The position numbers and the translations under genes were made by a program. From Octopus vulgaris (Eukaryota), in contig OX597822.1 in NCBI GenBank assembly GCA_951406725.2, forward strand, positions 41,168,001-41,232,000: a stretch of DNA of 64,000 bases, written 5' to 3'. How positions within the stretch are numbered: position 1 is the first letter of the stretch; every line of letters begins with the position of its first letter. The notes under the pieces are model-generated. The model searched no databases. It worked only from the letters and a program-made list of their open reading frames with translations, and had not been told where the DNA came from. Below are positions 24,533 through 40,370 of the stretch, piece by piece.

Positions 24533-25794
<1,262 letters not shown>

Positions 25795-25913
25795 ATAAAA
25801 ACATGATGCCAAGGATTCAGCGGTACATATGTTTCGGGCCTTTATTAGACGGATTTATAACAATGCATAATGTATGTCTGTGGGTGCTTACAATTATCAA
25901 GTACTCACCCCGA

Positions 25914-25963
<50 letters not shown>

Positions 25964-26194
25964 CTTTATATATAGTTATACACACGAACGCACACGAACA
26001 CACACACATTTACACGCACGCACACACACACACATATATTCGTGAAAATATCTATAAATATGAATATAATATGTTTGTGTGTGAGTGTGTGTGTATGTAT
26101 ATATGCGTGCCTGTGTGTGTGTTTGTGTGTGTATTACGTATGTAGTATATTTATGTATATAGATATACATACATATATACATAGATACATACAC

Positions 26195-26225
<31 letters not shown>

Positions 26226-26529
26226 TAAATATATATATATATACACACATATAAATATATATACACATATATATATATATATATACGCACACATTCATAG
26301 ATACAAACATATATACATATATACACGCACGCACTCATAAAATTCTTTACATACAATATGACACTTGTCTGTTGATATGTAATTAAAAAATGCGCTAATT
26401 ATGTGTACACCGCTGTAGCTCCTATTCATTAGCCACACTACATGCATAAATGACCAGATCTATTCAAGTTTAAAACCTGTAAACACACACACACAGATGT
26501 ACACGCGCGCACACACATACATGTATACA

Positions 26530-26890
<361 letters not shown>

Positions 26891-27096
26891 GGAAAAAAGT
26901 AAAGATAGAAAATGCTAAAATAATTTTATAAAAAACATTTCAGTACCGGTTTCATTCATTGAGACTTTTTCAATTGTAAGTATTGTAACATTTTGGAAAA
27001 ATTAAAAGAAAAGTTTTTAAAAGAATATTTGCATAGTGTTCAAATACCAGTGGCATTTTCCTTGTTTCTGCCTGTCTCTGTCTTTCTTCTTTTGTG

Positions 27097-27155
<59 letters not shown>

Positions 27156-27524
27156 CTATTTTTGCTTGTGTGTTTATTTATATGGAAGTGGAGACATTTA
27201 TTCATATGACTGGAGAAATAGGTAAAGTGTGACAGCTGTGTGTTTATAATTATATGTTGGTGTCATTTATACAAACTTGTAACTGGAAATTTTGCTCGAA
27301 CACAGAGTTTCATGTATACACATTCAAACACACGCACACACATCCAATCAAGTACTTGCCCATGTATGTATGTATGTATGTATGTATGTATGTATGTATG
27401 TATGTATGTATGTATGTATGTATGTATGTATGTATGCATGCATGCATGTATGTATGTATGTATGTATATATATATATGTATGTATGTATGCATGTATGAG
27501 TGTATGTATGCATGCATGTATGTG

Positions 27525-27720
27525 CTGTAATCCCTCGACTATCGAAGGTGTTACGTTCCAAAAACCTCCGAGATAGGTGAAAATCCGCGAAAGGTGAAAA
27601 TCCGCGAAGTAGAAACTGTATATATTTTTTATTATTTTTATCATTTGTATATATTTATTTTACTATAAATGCAAAACAACACACCATGGAGGAATCGACG
27701 TAAGCTTAAATAATAAACCA
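27525..27720 (-). mobile_element. Truncated copy of the pogo/Tigger-like MITE at 47454-47687
   Basis: TIR-like GTAATCCCTCG. The body AAAATCCGCGAAGT...GAGGAATCGACGTAAGCTTAAATAATAAACC is the reverse complement of 47500-47640. Confidence 0.7.
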
Positions 27721-27739
27721 AGATACGTGAACGCAAGTT

Positions 27740-28000
27740 ACCGCCTCCCTTGAAATTGCTGGCCTTGTACCAAAAATTTGAAACCGATATTATTGCAAAG
27801 TTAATGGTATTTCCAAAAATGCTGGCAGAATCGCCAGACCGTCGGAAAAATGCTTTGCAATATTTAAGGCGCTTTACGTTCTGGTTTCAAAACCCCCTCA
27901 AGCCATGCCTTCGATAATAAAAAGTACCGATGAAGTACTGGATCGTTGGCACCGAGTACCCCTCCCCTCAAAATTGGTGGTTCTGTGCCTAAATTAGAAA
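27740..28000 (+). mobile_element. SINE family C, diverged fragments
   Basis: GAAATTGCTGGCCTTGT.CCAAAA tail and GCTGGCAGAATCG...TTTACGTTCTG head. Confidence 0.6.
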
Positions 28001-28009
28001 CAAGTATTG

Positions 28010-28041
<32 letters not shown>

Positions 28042-28458
28042 GGTGGTGATGATGGTGGAGGTATTGTTTATTATTCCAATTATTAATTATTGTCAACATC
28101 ATTACCTGAAACATGATGATGATGATTATGATGATTATAATGATGATGATGATGATGATAATGAAGATTATGTTAATTAGATGTGAGACTGAGTTGGCGT
28201 CAGGCATTTTATAGGGTTTGGCGCTCACATAATTTTCTCAATTTTCAACCAGAGGCGTTACAGTCGTCATCATCATTATAATCATCATCATCATCATCAC
28301 CATCACCGCCTCCGTCATCGACACCACCTCAACCATCCCCAGCAGTAAGTATTAGGAATCAAAAGTTCTCAATGTGGAATAAATTATTTTGCTGTGTGGA
28401 AGAGGAAAGAATTAAAATATTTGTGGCATAACTTCCCTGGTCGGGGAGAGAGAGAGAA

Positions 28459-28505
<47 letters not shown>

Positions 28506-28592
28506 CGGGCAAGCAAACAAACAAACAGACAGGCAGGCAGAAAGACTGGCAGCTAGACAGACAGACAAGCAGATAGATAGCAAGATAGATGA

Positions 28593-28664
<72 letters not shown>

Positions 28665-28688
28665 ACAGCTAGATAGCTAGCTAGCTAG

Positions 28689-29857
28689 ATTTCTTTATTG
28701 GCCACGCAGGGCTAAACACAGAAAGGACAAAATACAAAGTAGAGCTTTCCTTTTTTGGAAGAAGAGAAGGGGGTAAAAAAGGGGGGGGGGCGGCGAATTC
28801 CGATCGTGAAAAAAAAAGGCGGGGAATTCCGATCAAAAGGGATCGCGAAAGAAAAAGTGGGGCCGATCAATACGGATACAGAAATGTCAATGTAAAAAGG
28901 GAAAACAGATTAGGTTTGTCCGTGGATAGAAAAGCCTACGAAAAAGACCACGGGAACCTTGGGCAATTGTGTCATGCAAAAAGAAAACACATTACAGTAA
29001 GTGGGTCTCTTTTTTCCTTTCGTTTTTTTTTTTTTCTTTTCGTTCATAGGATTATGCTCAAGCTGGCTCCGCCATTCACACGTGCCATCCTTGCAACATT
29101 CACCCATCTTTTTTTGAAACATTCACTAGATAAAACTTCTCTCTCTACTTTCACCTTCCTCTTCAAGTGATACTTGAAGAAGTTGATGAGAGATTGACCA
29201 GAGAGGAAACTGTTTCTCTCTAGGCCTTTCAGACGCGTCCACCATACACATTCTTTCGCTATAGCCACAAGTACGATGAAAATGGCTCTTCCTTCCCGTT
29301 TGAAGGAAGGAGGCGCAACAATATAAACCGACTCGTCCCACACGCGATAACAGTCGTTCGACATAGACCAACAGGTTGGAAATAGTTGGACACTGTACGA
29401 GTGCGTGCAGGACAGTTTCGTCGCTCTGACCGCATCTCGGACAGGTCGGCCCCGTGTTTCTCGATCCATGCCTGTAGAGCTTATCCCAAACGAGTAGCGC
29501 TTCTCGATAGCACTGCCAGGCCAGGAATCTCTGGAAGTTGTCCATAGGTCCCGGCCCGAAAGTCGTCTTGAACAGGCGGGTCAGGTATTCCTCGTCGACG
29601 CCCAGGTTCGCCCCGAGATCGTCGTCGTACCTCCCCTCCACTAATCTCCTATAGAATGCTTTGGTTGTGTTGAAGTCGCTCAAGGTCGACCCGGGACGGC
29701 ATAGTTGCTTGAGAGGAACGCGACACCAGCAGTGCCACTCGCCCTTCCTCGGCCTCTTTTTGATCCACGACTGCAGTTCGGTCATGGAGACGAGCTGCGG
29801 GAAAGTGCGCCTCACAAACGGTGACCATACCTGTTCACCGTCGTCTACGTAGAGCCG

Positions 29858-29858
<1 letters not shown>
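28689..29858 (-). mobile_element. L1/Tx1-clade LINE, 5'-truncated 3' end, flanked by (GATA)n
   Basis: Minus-strand ORF2 C-terminus with FQRFLAWQCYREALLVWDKL and a zinc knuckle CPRCGQSDETVLHALVQC (several frameshifts). A T/C-rich 3' UTR follows and ends AATAAAGAAATC then (TAGC/TATC)n. Confidence 0.85.
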
Positions 29859-29942
<84 letters not shown>

Positions 29943-30169
29943 AAGACAAAGACGAAAAGATGATGGTTGATGTCATCTGCGACTAGCGGTTCCGACAGAC
30001 ACCATGCCATACTCCTAATCTCTGCATCAGAATAATTATCCATTCCACCCAAAACTAATTACTGAGGTAATCTGCTCAGAGACACTATGTTGATGATAAA
30101 AAGACAACAGAACTATTGTTAAGTTAACGAGTATTAACAAATCTAATTAGCAATATATAAACTGGTATT

Positions 30170-30340
30170 CCATCGGTTACAAGAATGACGAGTGTTCCAG
30201 TTGACCCAATCAACGGAACTACCTGCTCGTGAAATTAACGTGCTGAGCACTCCTCAGACACGCATACCCTTAACGTAGTTCTCAGCGAGATTCAGCGCGA
30301 AAGTGACAAATCTGACCATTTGAAATAGAAGTACTACTTT
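30170..30340 (-). mobile_element. SINE family B, 3' fragment
   Basis: Reverse complement of the GAGAACTACGTTAAGGGTA...CACGTTAATTTCACGAGCAGG tail. Confidence 0.75.
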
Positions 30341-30436
30341 TTATTCTATTTTTCTTTTCGTCTACTCTAGGCACAAGGCCCGAAATTTTAGGGGAGCGGG
30401 GCAAGTCGATTAGATCAACCCCAGTACGCAACTGGT

Positions 30437-30705
30437 ATAATATTTAAATAATTGATGTTACTCCTATGATATTTAATGGATTTACGTTACTCCTATAACT
30501 TTTAAAGGATTGATGTTACTCCTATAACTTTTAAAGGATTGATGTTACTCCTATAATATTTAAATGACTGATGTTACTCCTATAACTTTTAAACGATTGA
30601 TGTTACTCCTATAATATTTAAATGATTGATGTTACTCCTATAATTTTTAAAGGAGTTATGTTACTTCTATAACATTTAAAGGATTTATGTTACTCCTATG
30701 ATAAT
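30437..30705 (+). repeat. Minisatellite with a unit of about 29-30 bp, about 9 copies
   Basis: Head-to-tail TTGATGTTACTCCTATAA(C/T)(T/A)TTTAAA(G/T)GA units with no spacers. Confidence 0.92.
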
Positions 30706-30709
30706 ATCC

Positions 30710-31065
30710 CTTTCTACTATAGGTCTGAAATTTTGTGGGAGAACGTTAGTCGATTGCACTGAACCCAGTACTTAACTGGTACCTCTTTTGTTTGCCCTGA
30801 AAGGATAGAAGGCAAAACCGACTTCGGTGAAATCTAAGCTCGGAACTTAAAGATGAACAAAATGCCGCTAAACATTTTGTTCAATGTGCCAACGGTTCTG
30901 CCAAGAAGACACAAGGACTGTAATTTTAGGGCGAAGGGGTAGTCGTTTATATCGATCCTGATGATGGACTGGTACTTATTTAATCGACCTCGGATGGATG
31001 AAAGGTGAATGCTGACCTCAGTGGAATTTGAACTCGAAGCGTAAAGCCGGAAGAAACGCCTTCAA
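30710..31065 (-). mobile_element. SINE family C, two diverged tandem copies
   Basis: CTGGTAC.T.TT...GAAAGGAT..AAGG...GAC.TC.GTG.AATTTGAACTC is repeated. Confidence 0.65.
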
Positions 31066-31094
31066 TAACAAGCCTCAGTGTCGAGTGAATACAT

Positions 31095-33500
31095 TACCAC
31101 CATTATCACTAACCATTATAATAATCATCACTATCAACATAATCACAACTACTGCTTATGTTGATGGTGGTGGTAGTGGTGGTGATGGTAGTAGTGGTGG
31201 TGGTGTTTTTGTTTTTGCTGTTGTTGTTGCTGTTGTTCAGAAATGGTTCCTAGGACCAATGAACTGTAGTACTCTACCACCACCACCACCACCACCACCA
31301 CCACACTATCACCACTGCCACCATCATCATATTCGGCTACAACAAACACCGCCGTTACCATCACCATCATCATCACGATTACCATTATTGCTATTACTAA
31401 TATTGTTATTGGTATAACACAACAACAACAACAGCAACAACGCTGACGACAATGGCGACGAGGGTAAACAAATGTCTTAAAGAACGAGGGAACTGATCGT
31501 GATGAATAAAGAACCCATCTTACCTTTTACCATTCCGACCATTCTTCAAGTCTTGTTTCTTTTCCACTCAATTAACGTCACATTCCTCAGCAATACACCT
31601 CCGCCATACCCTCCACCATTCCTCTCATGCCACTCCCCATCGGCAATTGATGCCACTTCCACCAACCTCCTTCATCCACTCTCTCACCATTCTCCGTTAC
31701 TGTTTCTACAAAGAACTTTTTAAAGATGCAGAAAATATTCGAAGTTGGTGAAAAAGCATTTCTAATGAATGAGTATTACCGAAGTCTTTATAAATATTCA
31801 CCTAATTTATCAAACTTGCTTTTCATTTACAAGGAATGCCTTGCCTTAATGGTGGAAATTCTTGTCTAAGAGATACTGCTGCTGCTGCTGTTGTTGTTGT
31901 TGTTGTTGCTGCTGTTATTGTTGTTGTTGTTGTGGTGTCGGTGCTGATAGTGATGGTGGTGGTGGTGGTATTGATGTTTGTTGCAGTTATTATTATTGTT
32001 GTTGCTGTTGTTGTTGTTGTGGTGGTGGTGTTGGTGGTGGTGGTGGTGGTAGTGGTGGTGGTGGTGGTGATGATAGTGGTGGTGGTGATGGCGGTGGTGG
32101 TGGTGGTGGTGGTGGTGATAGTGGTGGTGGTGATGGCGGTGGTGGCGGTGGTGGTGGTGGTAGTGGTGGTAGTGGTGATGATGACGGTTGTTTTTGTTGT
32201 CGATGTTGTTGTGGTGGGGTGGTCATAGTGGTATTAGTGATGGTGGTGGTGGTAGTAGTAGTGGTGGTTGTGATGACGGTTGTTTTTGTTGTTGATATTG
32301 TTGTTGTTGTTGTTGCTGTTACTGTTGTTGTGGTGGTGTTGGTGCTGATGGTGGTGGTAGTTTCGGTGCTTGTAGCGATGGTTGTTGTTGTTGCTGCAGA
32401 TGTTGTTGCTGTTATGGTGGTGGTGGTGGTGGTGGTGGTGGTAGTGGTCGTAGTGATAATGGTTGTTTTTGTTGTCGATCTTGTTATTCTTGTTGCTGCT
32501 GTTACTTTTGTTGTGATGGTCGTGGTGATGGTAGTGGTGGCGGTGGTGGTTGTAGTGTTGGTATGATGGTGGTGGTATTGGTGGTGGTGGTAATGGTGGT
32601 GTTGGGAGTGATGGTTGTTGTTGTTGCTGTTGGTGTTCAGAAATGGTTCCTTGGACCAACGAACTGCGGGTGGGGCATCATTCAAGACTGCAGTGCCGCT
32701 CTCAACAATTTTGATGGAGTTCGTGCCTCTCTGAGCAACACCAATGTAAAGAGGGCGGAGGAGTTGAAGAACTGGTCAATTTTACAGTGCTACCACCGAT
32801 TACATCGATTATTTTCTCTTACATGATAATAACTGTTGTTATTTATATGTATGTCTGCTCTTCGAGAAGACATTCCAGGCATGACCATCCCATTTTTCAG
32901 ATAGTGTATACTTGTGTTTTACCTTTTTGGTTATTGTTGTTGTTATTGTTGCAGTTTAGCCCCAGACCAGCACTAACCCAGCAGATCTATGGTCGAAGAT
33001 GTTCCAGCCATGACCAATCTTATTCAGACATAGTATACCTAGAATTACATTATCTAGTGTACGGTATGGTAGTTAGTATTAGTGTTCATACTGACCTGCT
33101 TAGCCCCAGGTCTGTATGAATATCTCAAAACTCAAAATCGCCAAAAACGGATGCTAAAGTGCGCATGTCGGAAATCTTGGTTTCGCCGATGGCCATCACA
33201 CATACAAACCTAGCGACCTATAGTATTTGAATAGGCGACCCTGCTTCGAGGGCGAGCCCAGGTCACGCACATTAAGTAGCAGGTTTTTTATTGTTTCTTG
33301 TCAGTATTGTTGTTGCTGTTGTCCGTCCTACTGCTGCTACTGTTGGTGTTGGTGTTGCTGCTGCTGCTGCCACCACTGCTGCTGCCGCTGCTGATGCTAC
33401 TGTTGCTGCTATCTCTGCCGATGCTGCTACTATTGTTGCTGCCGCTATTGCTGCTATTGCTGTTGCTGCAGCCGCCACCGCTGCTGATGCTGTTACTGTA
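31095..33500. repeat. Trinucleotide-rich region, (GGT/GTT/GCT/CAC)n
   Basis: Directly visible. GTTCAGAAATGGTTCCT.GGACCAA.GAACTG is duplicated at about 31235 and 32635. Confidence 0.88.
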
Positions 33501-33984
33501 GTACGCTGTTGTTTTAGGAGCTATGATGTCAGCATTCGTAGGTGCTTCTCTTTTGCTTTTTGTTTTTTTTGTTTTGTTTTTGTTGTTGTTTTTCCATTGA
33601 GGACAGAAAGCTCTAAAGTGGTTTCCGTACTACAGAAGTGGCAACCAGTTCGTACGGGATTCCCCTCTCTATTTTCGGCAGTTGAATCTTAAGAGTTAGT
33701 ATATGTAGGAGAGTCAAGTGGGGACAACTTTGACAGACAGATCGCCTGATACTGAATGGTTCCGATAGATGACCATTCGCTCTTACAATCAAGCAGATGT
33801 CGTTATACCTTGCGACAATTCAACCTCCAAAGACAAGCCCCAAAACGACTGATTTGGGGTTAGCTATAAATTACTGGTGATCGATCCTCTCGGTGGCATT
33901 TGATTGATATAAGCACCCTGGCTTTCTAAATTCCTTACTTACCCTCTCTATGATGTATCACATGGGGTGGCAGCAGAGCGGGGA

Positions 33985-35260
33985 GTGTCCCGTTCAGCAG
34001 CCTTTTGCGGCAGGTATTTGCCAATAGTTCACCGAACATGTCTGGCATATAAGTGTGAAGCTCGAAGGATAGACCACCCAAACCAGATTGTTTTCTCCTT
34101 GTCCAGCTAGCCATTGCTTCCTGTACTTCCGCAATTGTTATCGGCTTCTCGCAACACTCTATCTCCGTCGCCGAGAGCCGCAGCAAGCTCCTGAGGTAAG
34201 CTTTGATATCTATCCTGCTATCCGGACCGCCAGTCACCCCAATCAACTGATCGAAGTGCCTCTGAAAAACCGCATACATCTGTTTCAAATCGAGTAACAC
34301 ATGCTCACCATTGTCCGTCAAAAACCGAATTGCAGCATTATAACTATGTAGAACGGCTTTTGTTTCGCCGTCAGTATGTGCCTACAAGGCCGATTTCATA
34401 TTTTGCAGAGAAGAATTTGTCGAATGTCAATATCGCTAAAAGCGATATCAGCATTCGACAAATTTCCCCAAATATGTGGTATTTCCCAAGTACCTCTTCC
34501 AAGTTTCTAACAAAATCTCCTTCTAACCTAGTCTTCTCTATCACTAGCCCCTTATTATATTTTACCAGTTCTGCTCTAATTGCCCTTTCAAGAGGAATTA
34601 TCATTTGTTGGTGATGAATATTCAAGTCAAAACCAGCTTATCTAATTCCGTAGAATGATCCGTGGAGGGACACGCTCAATTTTTAGTAACCGTATCTCAG
34701 CCGATTAAGCCTAACTAGGTCGACCGTACAGATTACAAATTTTAATTTGTGTAGTGGACGGTTTTTAATTGTGAACAACCGACTTTATCTGTATCTACTA
34801 ACTTACAGAACATCCTTTTTAGGTACGATCCGGATGATCCAACGTGGTTTATGCATGTTAATATCAACACATACGCAAAAGTCGGTATCTGTTAGATAGC
34901 TGGAAATATTTCGGGGTGGTCTGCAAGGATTTTGCCTAGCTACTAATCCCTACAATCCCAGTGTGCATCTAAGATGTTGTTCCAATCTCCACGAGAACAA
35001 CAGAACTGGAAAGCCTCCAGACGCCAAAAGAAATCTGCCTGCTATGTCCTATCGGAGCGTAGACAGCTATTATTCGGATGGTATGGCCTTCGCTGCTGGT
35101 CATGTCCATCACCACTGACTTACTCACGGAGTCAAGGAAGATAACTCCGTATCACTGCTAAACCGAGGATTTCCGGGAGTTATCGATGACAGTCCCTGGC
35201 TCAATAGTTCTCCAGAACAAACCAGTCAATTTGTCATCGTCTGCGCTTAGAGTTCCTTTG
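33985..35260 (-). mobile_element. Decayed L1/Tx1-like LINE ORF2 fragment (endonuclease-to-RT linker)
   Basis: CEKPITIAEVQEAM..RRKQSGLGGLSFELHTYMPDMFGELLAN aligns with the KSPGLDGLPYEFY..DLFG.LLA region at 60300-60450. Upstream frames are broken. Confidence 0.7.
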
Positions 35261-35600
35261 TGAACGTAATCGCTCTAATCTATCACTAATCCTATATGTA
35301 TATCGCTAAAGCGGAATTTTCACCAACTTCATTACCAGAGGGCGGTGACCGCCTTATCACTAACAGAGCAGCTGCAATTGCAGCAGTGACAATAGCAACA
35401 ACAACAACAACAGTAAAATTAACAATAATTATGTCAATAATTATGTCAAGCAAAAGTAACTACAACAACACCAAAAAGTCAAAGAGTGCCTCAAAACAGC
35501 CACTTGACATGCTAGAAATAGCTGCCAAATTTTACTCATCTCCTACTCAAAATAAAAGAACTCATCAAATAATGTAGTCATAGATACATTATGTCTATAT

Positions 35601-35938
35601 ATGGAGGCGAAATGTCCCAGTGATTAGGGCAGCGGACTCGCGGTCGTAGGATCGCGGTTTCGATTCCCAGTCTGAGTGTTTATTGAACGAAAACACTTAA
35701 AGCTCCACGATACTCTGGCAGCGGGGGGGGGGGGCAACCCTGCTGTACTCTTTCACCGCAATTTTCTCTCACTCTTTCTTCCTGTTTCTGTTGTACCTGA
35801 ATTTCAAAGGGCCTGCCTTGTCACACTCTGTGTCACGCTGAAGCTCCCTGAGAACTACGTTAAGGGTACACGTTAATTTCACGAGCAGGCTGTTCCGATC
35901 AACTGGAACCCTCGTCATCGTAACCGTCGGAGTACCAT
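35601..35938 (+). mobile_element. SINE family B
   Basis: tRNA-like head with B box GTTTCGATTCCC. Colinear with 17935-18320. Confidence 0.88.
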
Positions 35939-35962
35939 AATGTCAATATGTAGCAGGAAGTT

Positions 35963-36172
35963 AAGGCGGTAAGCTGGTAGAATCGTTAAGCACGCCGGAC
36001 AAAATACTTTGCGATATTTCGCCCGTTTTTATGTTCTAATTTCAAATACTATCCGAGGTGGACTTTGCCTTTCATCCCTTCAGGGTCGATAAAATAAGTA
36101 CCAGTTAAACTTTGTGGTCAATGTAATCGACTTACCCCCTCCCCCGAAATTGTGCCAAAATTTGAAACCAAT
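35963..36172 (+). mobile_element. SINE family C
   Basis: GGCGGTAAGCTGGTAGAATCG head and GACTTTGCCTTTCATCC...GGGTCGATAAA. Confidence 0.8.
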
Positions 36173-36381
36173 ATATAGTTGGATGGTCACGGATGGAAAC
36201 TCTTCGATTCTATGTCACCTGGATCAGCGACTAAACAAACCATAGCAGCATTATTGATACCATCATCAACAACAACAAAAGCTGTGATGCTGTCTACGAC
36301 AACGTCAACAACATTAAAAAAAAAACAGCTGCGGCAGCAGAAATAACAACGGCAATAACGGCTTAAAACAACATGGAAGCC

Positions 36382-36415
<34 letters not shown>

Positions 36416-36548
36416 GCAACAGCAATAGCAGCTGCAGCAACTGCAAACAATAAGAGACAAATTGAATAAGAAAAGAAACAGCCAGCGCCACCACCAAGAA
36501 CAACGCGAATAACGTCAACAGCTATAACAACAACAAAAACAATACAAC

Positions 36549-36550
36549 TT

Positions 36551-36583
<33 letters not shown>

Positions 36584-36669
36584 AGAAGAAGAAGAAGAAG
36601 AAGAAGAAGAAGAAGAAGAAGAAGAAGAAGAAGAAGAAGAAGCAGAAGAAGAAGAAGAAGAAGAAGAAG

Positions 36670-36699
<30 letters not shown>
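36549..36699. repeat. (GAAA)n/(GAA)n microsatellite
   Basis: Directly visible. Confidence 0.95.
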
Positions 36700-36700
<1 letters not shown>

Positions 36701-36983
36701 GCAATAAACAAAAAGAAAAAAAAACAACAACAACAACAAAAAAAAAGGTCCATCTACAATAGAAATGAATGATGTAAAATGGACGCTGATGGTTTTTGCC
36801 GCCATGACCCAGACATGTGGCGCCCTCTCGGGGAAGCTTCAAACACTATTCTTTCAATGATTACATTATTGTTTCTGCTTTGCCTGGGATAGTTTTCTGC
36901 GTCTGTCTGTGTGTCTGTATGATTTTGTATGCATTGTGTATGCCTCTGTATGTATACCCTTGCGTCAGTCTGCTTATGCGTGT

Positions 36984-37025
<42 letters not shown>

Positions 37026-37157
37026 CTTTATTTAATATTATTGTTCGTTATTAATGTCGTTGCTGCTGACGATGCTGCCGCTGCTGTTGTTAACATTTTA
37101 ATAAAAGGTTAAATATGCGAAATGATTCGGTCATATTGCAGGCTGTAATAACAGCAG

Positions 37158-37279
37158 ATAATGATGGCGACGATGATGATGACGGTGATAGCGGTGATGA
37201 TGGCGTCGATGATGATGATAATGACGAAAATGATGGTGGTGGTGTAGGCGGCGGCGGTGGTGGTGGTGGTGGTGTCGGC

Positions 37280-37366
<87 letters not shown>

Positions 37367-37496
37367 GGTGATGATGGTGGCAGTGAAGTAGGTGATGGTG
37401 ATGATGATGATAATGACGAAGATGATGGTAGTGGCAGTGGTGGTGGTGGTGTAAGCAGCGGCGGCGGTGGCGGTGGTGGTTGGTACTGGTGGCGGC

Positions 37497-37557
<61 letters not shown>

Positions 37558-37630
37558 ATGGTGGTGGTGTTGATGTAGTGGTGGTGGCGGTGATGGTGGC
37601 AGTGACGTAGTTTGACGATGGTGATGATGA
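37158..37630. repeat. (GAT)n/(GGT)n microsatellite region
   Basis: Directly visible. Confidence 0.92.
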
Positions 37631-37964
37631 ACGTAATAAAGATTTTAAGAGAGAGACAGAGACCTCAACTTCTGAGATGCGGGTGTATAATGCTCAACTT
37701 GCCCCTCAGTATTCCACTGGCCCTTTTCTTCATCGACCACTACTGCACGTTAAAGATGAGAATAAGGGAATACAGTAATGCGCGCCTGGCCACGATATTC
37801 ATGAGCGTGTCTGTCCCGGATGTCATAAAGAATAAAGACAATTCCTTAGATCGTATAATCAAATCGAAGAATGAAAACCGAACGAAAATATTACACTAAA
37901 GCAAGTCGAAAATTTACCATCGTGAAACACTCTTGGAACGAAAATATTAGGATGTAGAACATTA

Positions 37965-38540
37965 ACTTCAAATTTCGGTACAAGGCCAGCAACTTAGGGG
38001 AAGTGGTAAGCCGATTATAACGACCCCGGAGATTAAAGGCAACGTCGACCTCAGTGGATTTTGAACTAACAACATTAAGACGGACGAAATGACGCTAAGT
38101 AGTTTGTCCGGCATGCTAAGGGTTCTGCCTGCTCGCCAATTTAGAGTTTTAAATATTCTTTTTTACTCTAGGCACAAGGCCCTTAATTTTTGAGGAGGTG
38201 GGGCCAGTCGATTAGATCGACCCCGGAGGGTAAAAGGCAAAGTCGACCTCAGTAGATTTTGAACTCACAACTTTAAGACGGAGAAATGACGCTAAGCATT
38301 TTGTCCGAAATAATAAGGATTCTGCCTGCTCGCCACTTTAGGATGTTAAATATTCTTTTTTACTCTAGGCAAAAGGCCCTTAATTTTTGAGAAGGGGGCC
38401 AGTCGATTAGATCGACCCCGGAGAATAAAAGGCAAAGTCGACCTCAGTAGATTTTGAACTCACAACTTTAAGACGGACGAAGTGCCGGTAAGCAGTTTGT
38501 CCGGTATGCTAAGGATTCTGCCAGCTCGGCGCCTTAACGA
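37965..38540 (-). mobile_element. Three tandem SINE family C copies, about 185-bp period
   Basis: CAAGGCC...TCGACCCCGGAG...AAAGGCAA.GTCGACCTCAGT.GATTTTGAACT...TTCTGCC.GCTCG occurs three times. Confidence 0.85.
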
Positions 38541-38589
38541 TATTGAATATTAACGTCAAAATAATATCTTTTATTCTATATTTTCTATT

Positions 38590-39230
38590 TGTGTCATTCT
38601 CTAGACTCCGGCCATGCTGGGGCACCGCCTTGAAGAATTTTTAGTCGACGGAATCGACTACCGTACATTTTTTTTATTAAAGCCTGTTACTTATTCTATC
38701 GATATCTTTGCCGAACCGTTTGCTTGGCAGGCGGTGGTGAGGACAAATGCAGACACAAAAGCACACACACACACACACGCACATACACACGCACGCACAC
38801 ACACACACATACACACACACATACGCACGCACACAGACAAACACGCACACACACACACATACACATGCACCCGCGCACGCACACATATATATAATCTTTT
38901 TCATGTACCAGTTTCTGGACAGCGGCCATATTGCAAGGGTTTAGTCGAATGAATCGACCCTAGAATTTAATTTTTGTAAAGCCTGGTTCTTCTATCGGTC
39001 TCTTATGCCGAATCACAAGAAGTTAAGAGGACGTAAACAAACCAAAACCGGTTGTCAAGAAGTGATTAAGGACGAACTCAAACACACATTGACGAGCTTC
39101 GTTCAGTTTCCGTCTACCAAATCCACTGACCAGGCTTTAATCGGTGTAGGGTTATAGTAGAAGACATTTACCTTGTAAGTGCCAAGCAGTGGGACTGAAC
39201 TCGGAACCATAACGTTGGGAGCAAACATAT
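38590..39230 (-). mobile_element. Two diverged SINE family A copies
   Basis: GGCCATGCTGGGGCACCGCC...TTTGCCGAACCG, then CAGTTTCCGTCTACCAAATCCAC...GGGACTGAAC. Confidence 0.75.
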
Positions 39231-39557
39231 GTGTGTGTGTGTGGAGGGGAACGTGTGCGCACAAGACATACATTCTCACAGACGCATTATCAGCAATCCC
39301 TCGGGTGATTAGCCACTAAATGTAACTAATGTGGACTCTTAATGTGTTCAGTAAAAACATTAAGCACTAACGAACATACGTATATGTCCGTCAACCTATT
39401 TATATATACCATGCATACACACACATGCACACAAACACACACACACACACACATATATATACTGATAGATATACACACTTCAGTTAAACCTGTTATATAT
39501 ATATATATATACGTGTTTTTTTCAAAGTGTATACATATATGCGTAAACACATACATG

Positions 39558-40070
<513 letters not shown>

Positions 40071-40370
40071 GACACGAATAGGGGGGGAGGAGGGAGAGTG
40101 TCAGTCATTAGCAAAGCCAAACAACAAAGTACAAGGTTATAGTTTTCCAATCAAGCTCCCTAGCAAGTAAAGTAAATGAGCCCAAAGACGGCTACAAGAA
40201 TACTTCCCATATGATATCTCACTTAGTAAAAGAGAATTTCATTGAAGACAAACATAGACGAGACTTCGAAAGACGCCATCTTTTCGTGGCGTCATCTACG
40301 GCTTTATCTTTCAACTACTTCATCGTAGTGAGATAGGAGTCTTACACGAGATATTAGCTACATGGCGGTA

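Noticed and set aside
30437-30705. CRISPR-like periodicity (also at 43710-44030)
   Set aside because: Units are head-to-tail without unique spacers, there are no cas genes and the context is eukaryotic.
31836-31875. MPCLNGGNSC, resembling an EGF-repeat start
   Set aside because: The remaining cysteines are absent and the frame runs straight into a trinucleotide tract, so it is probably chance.
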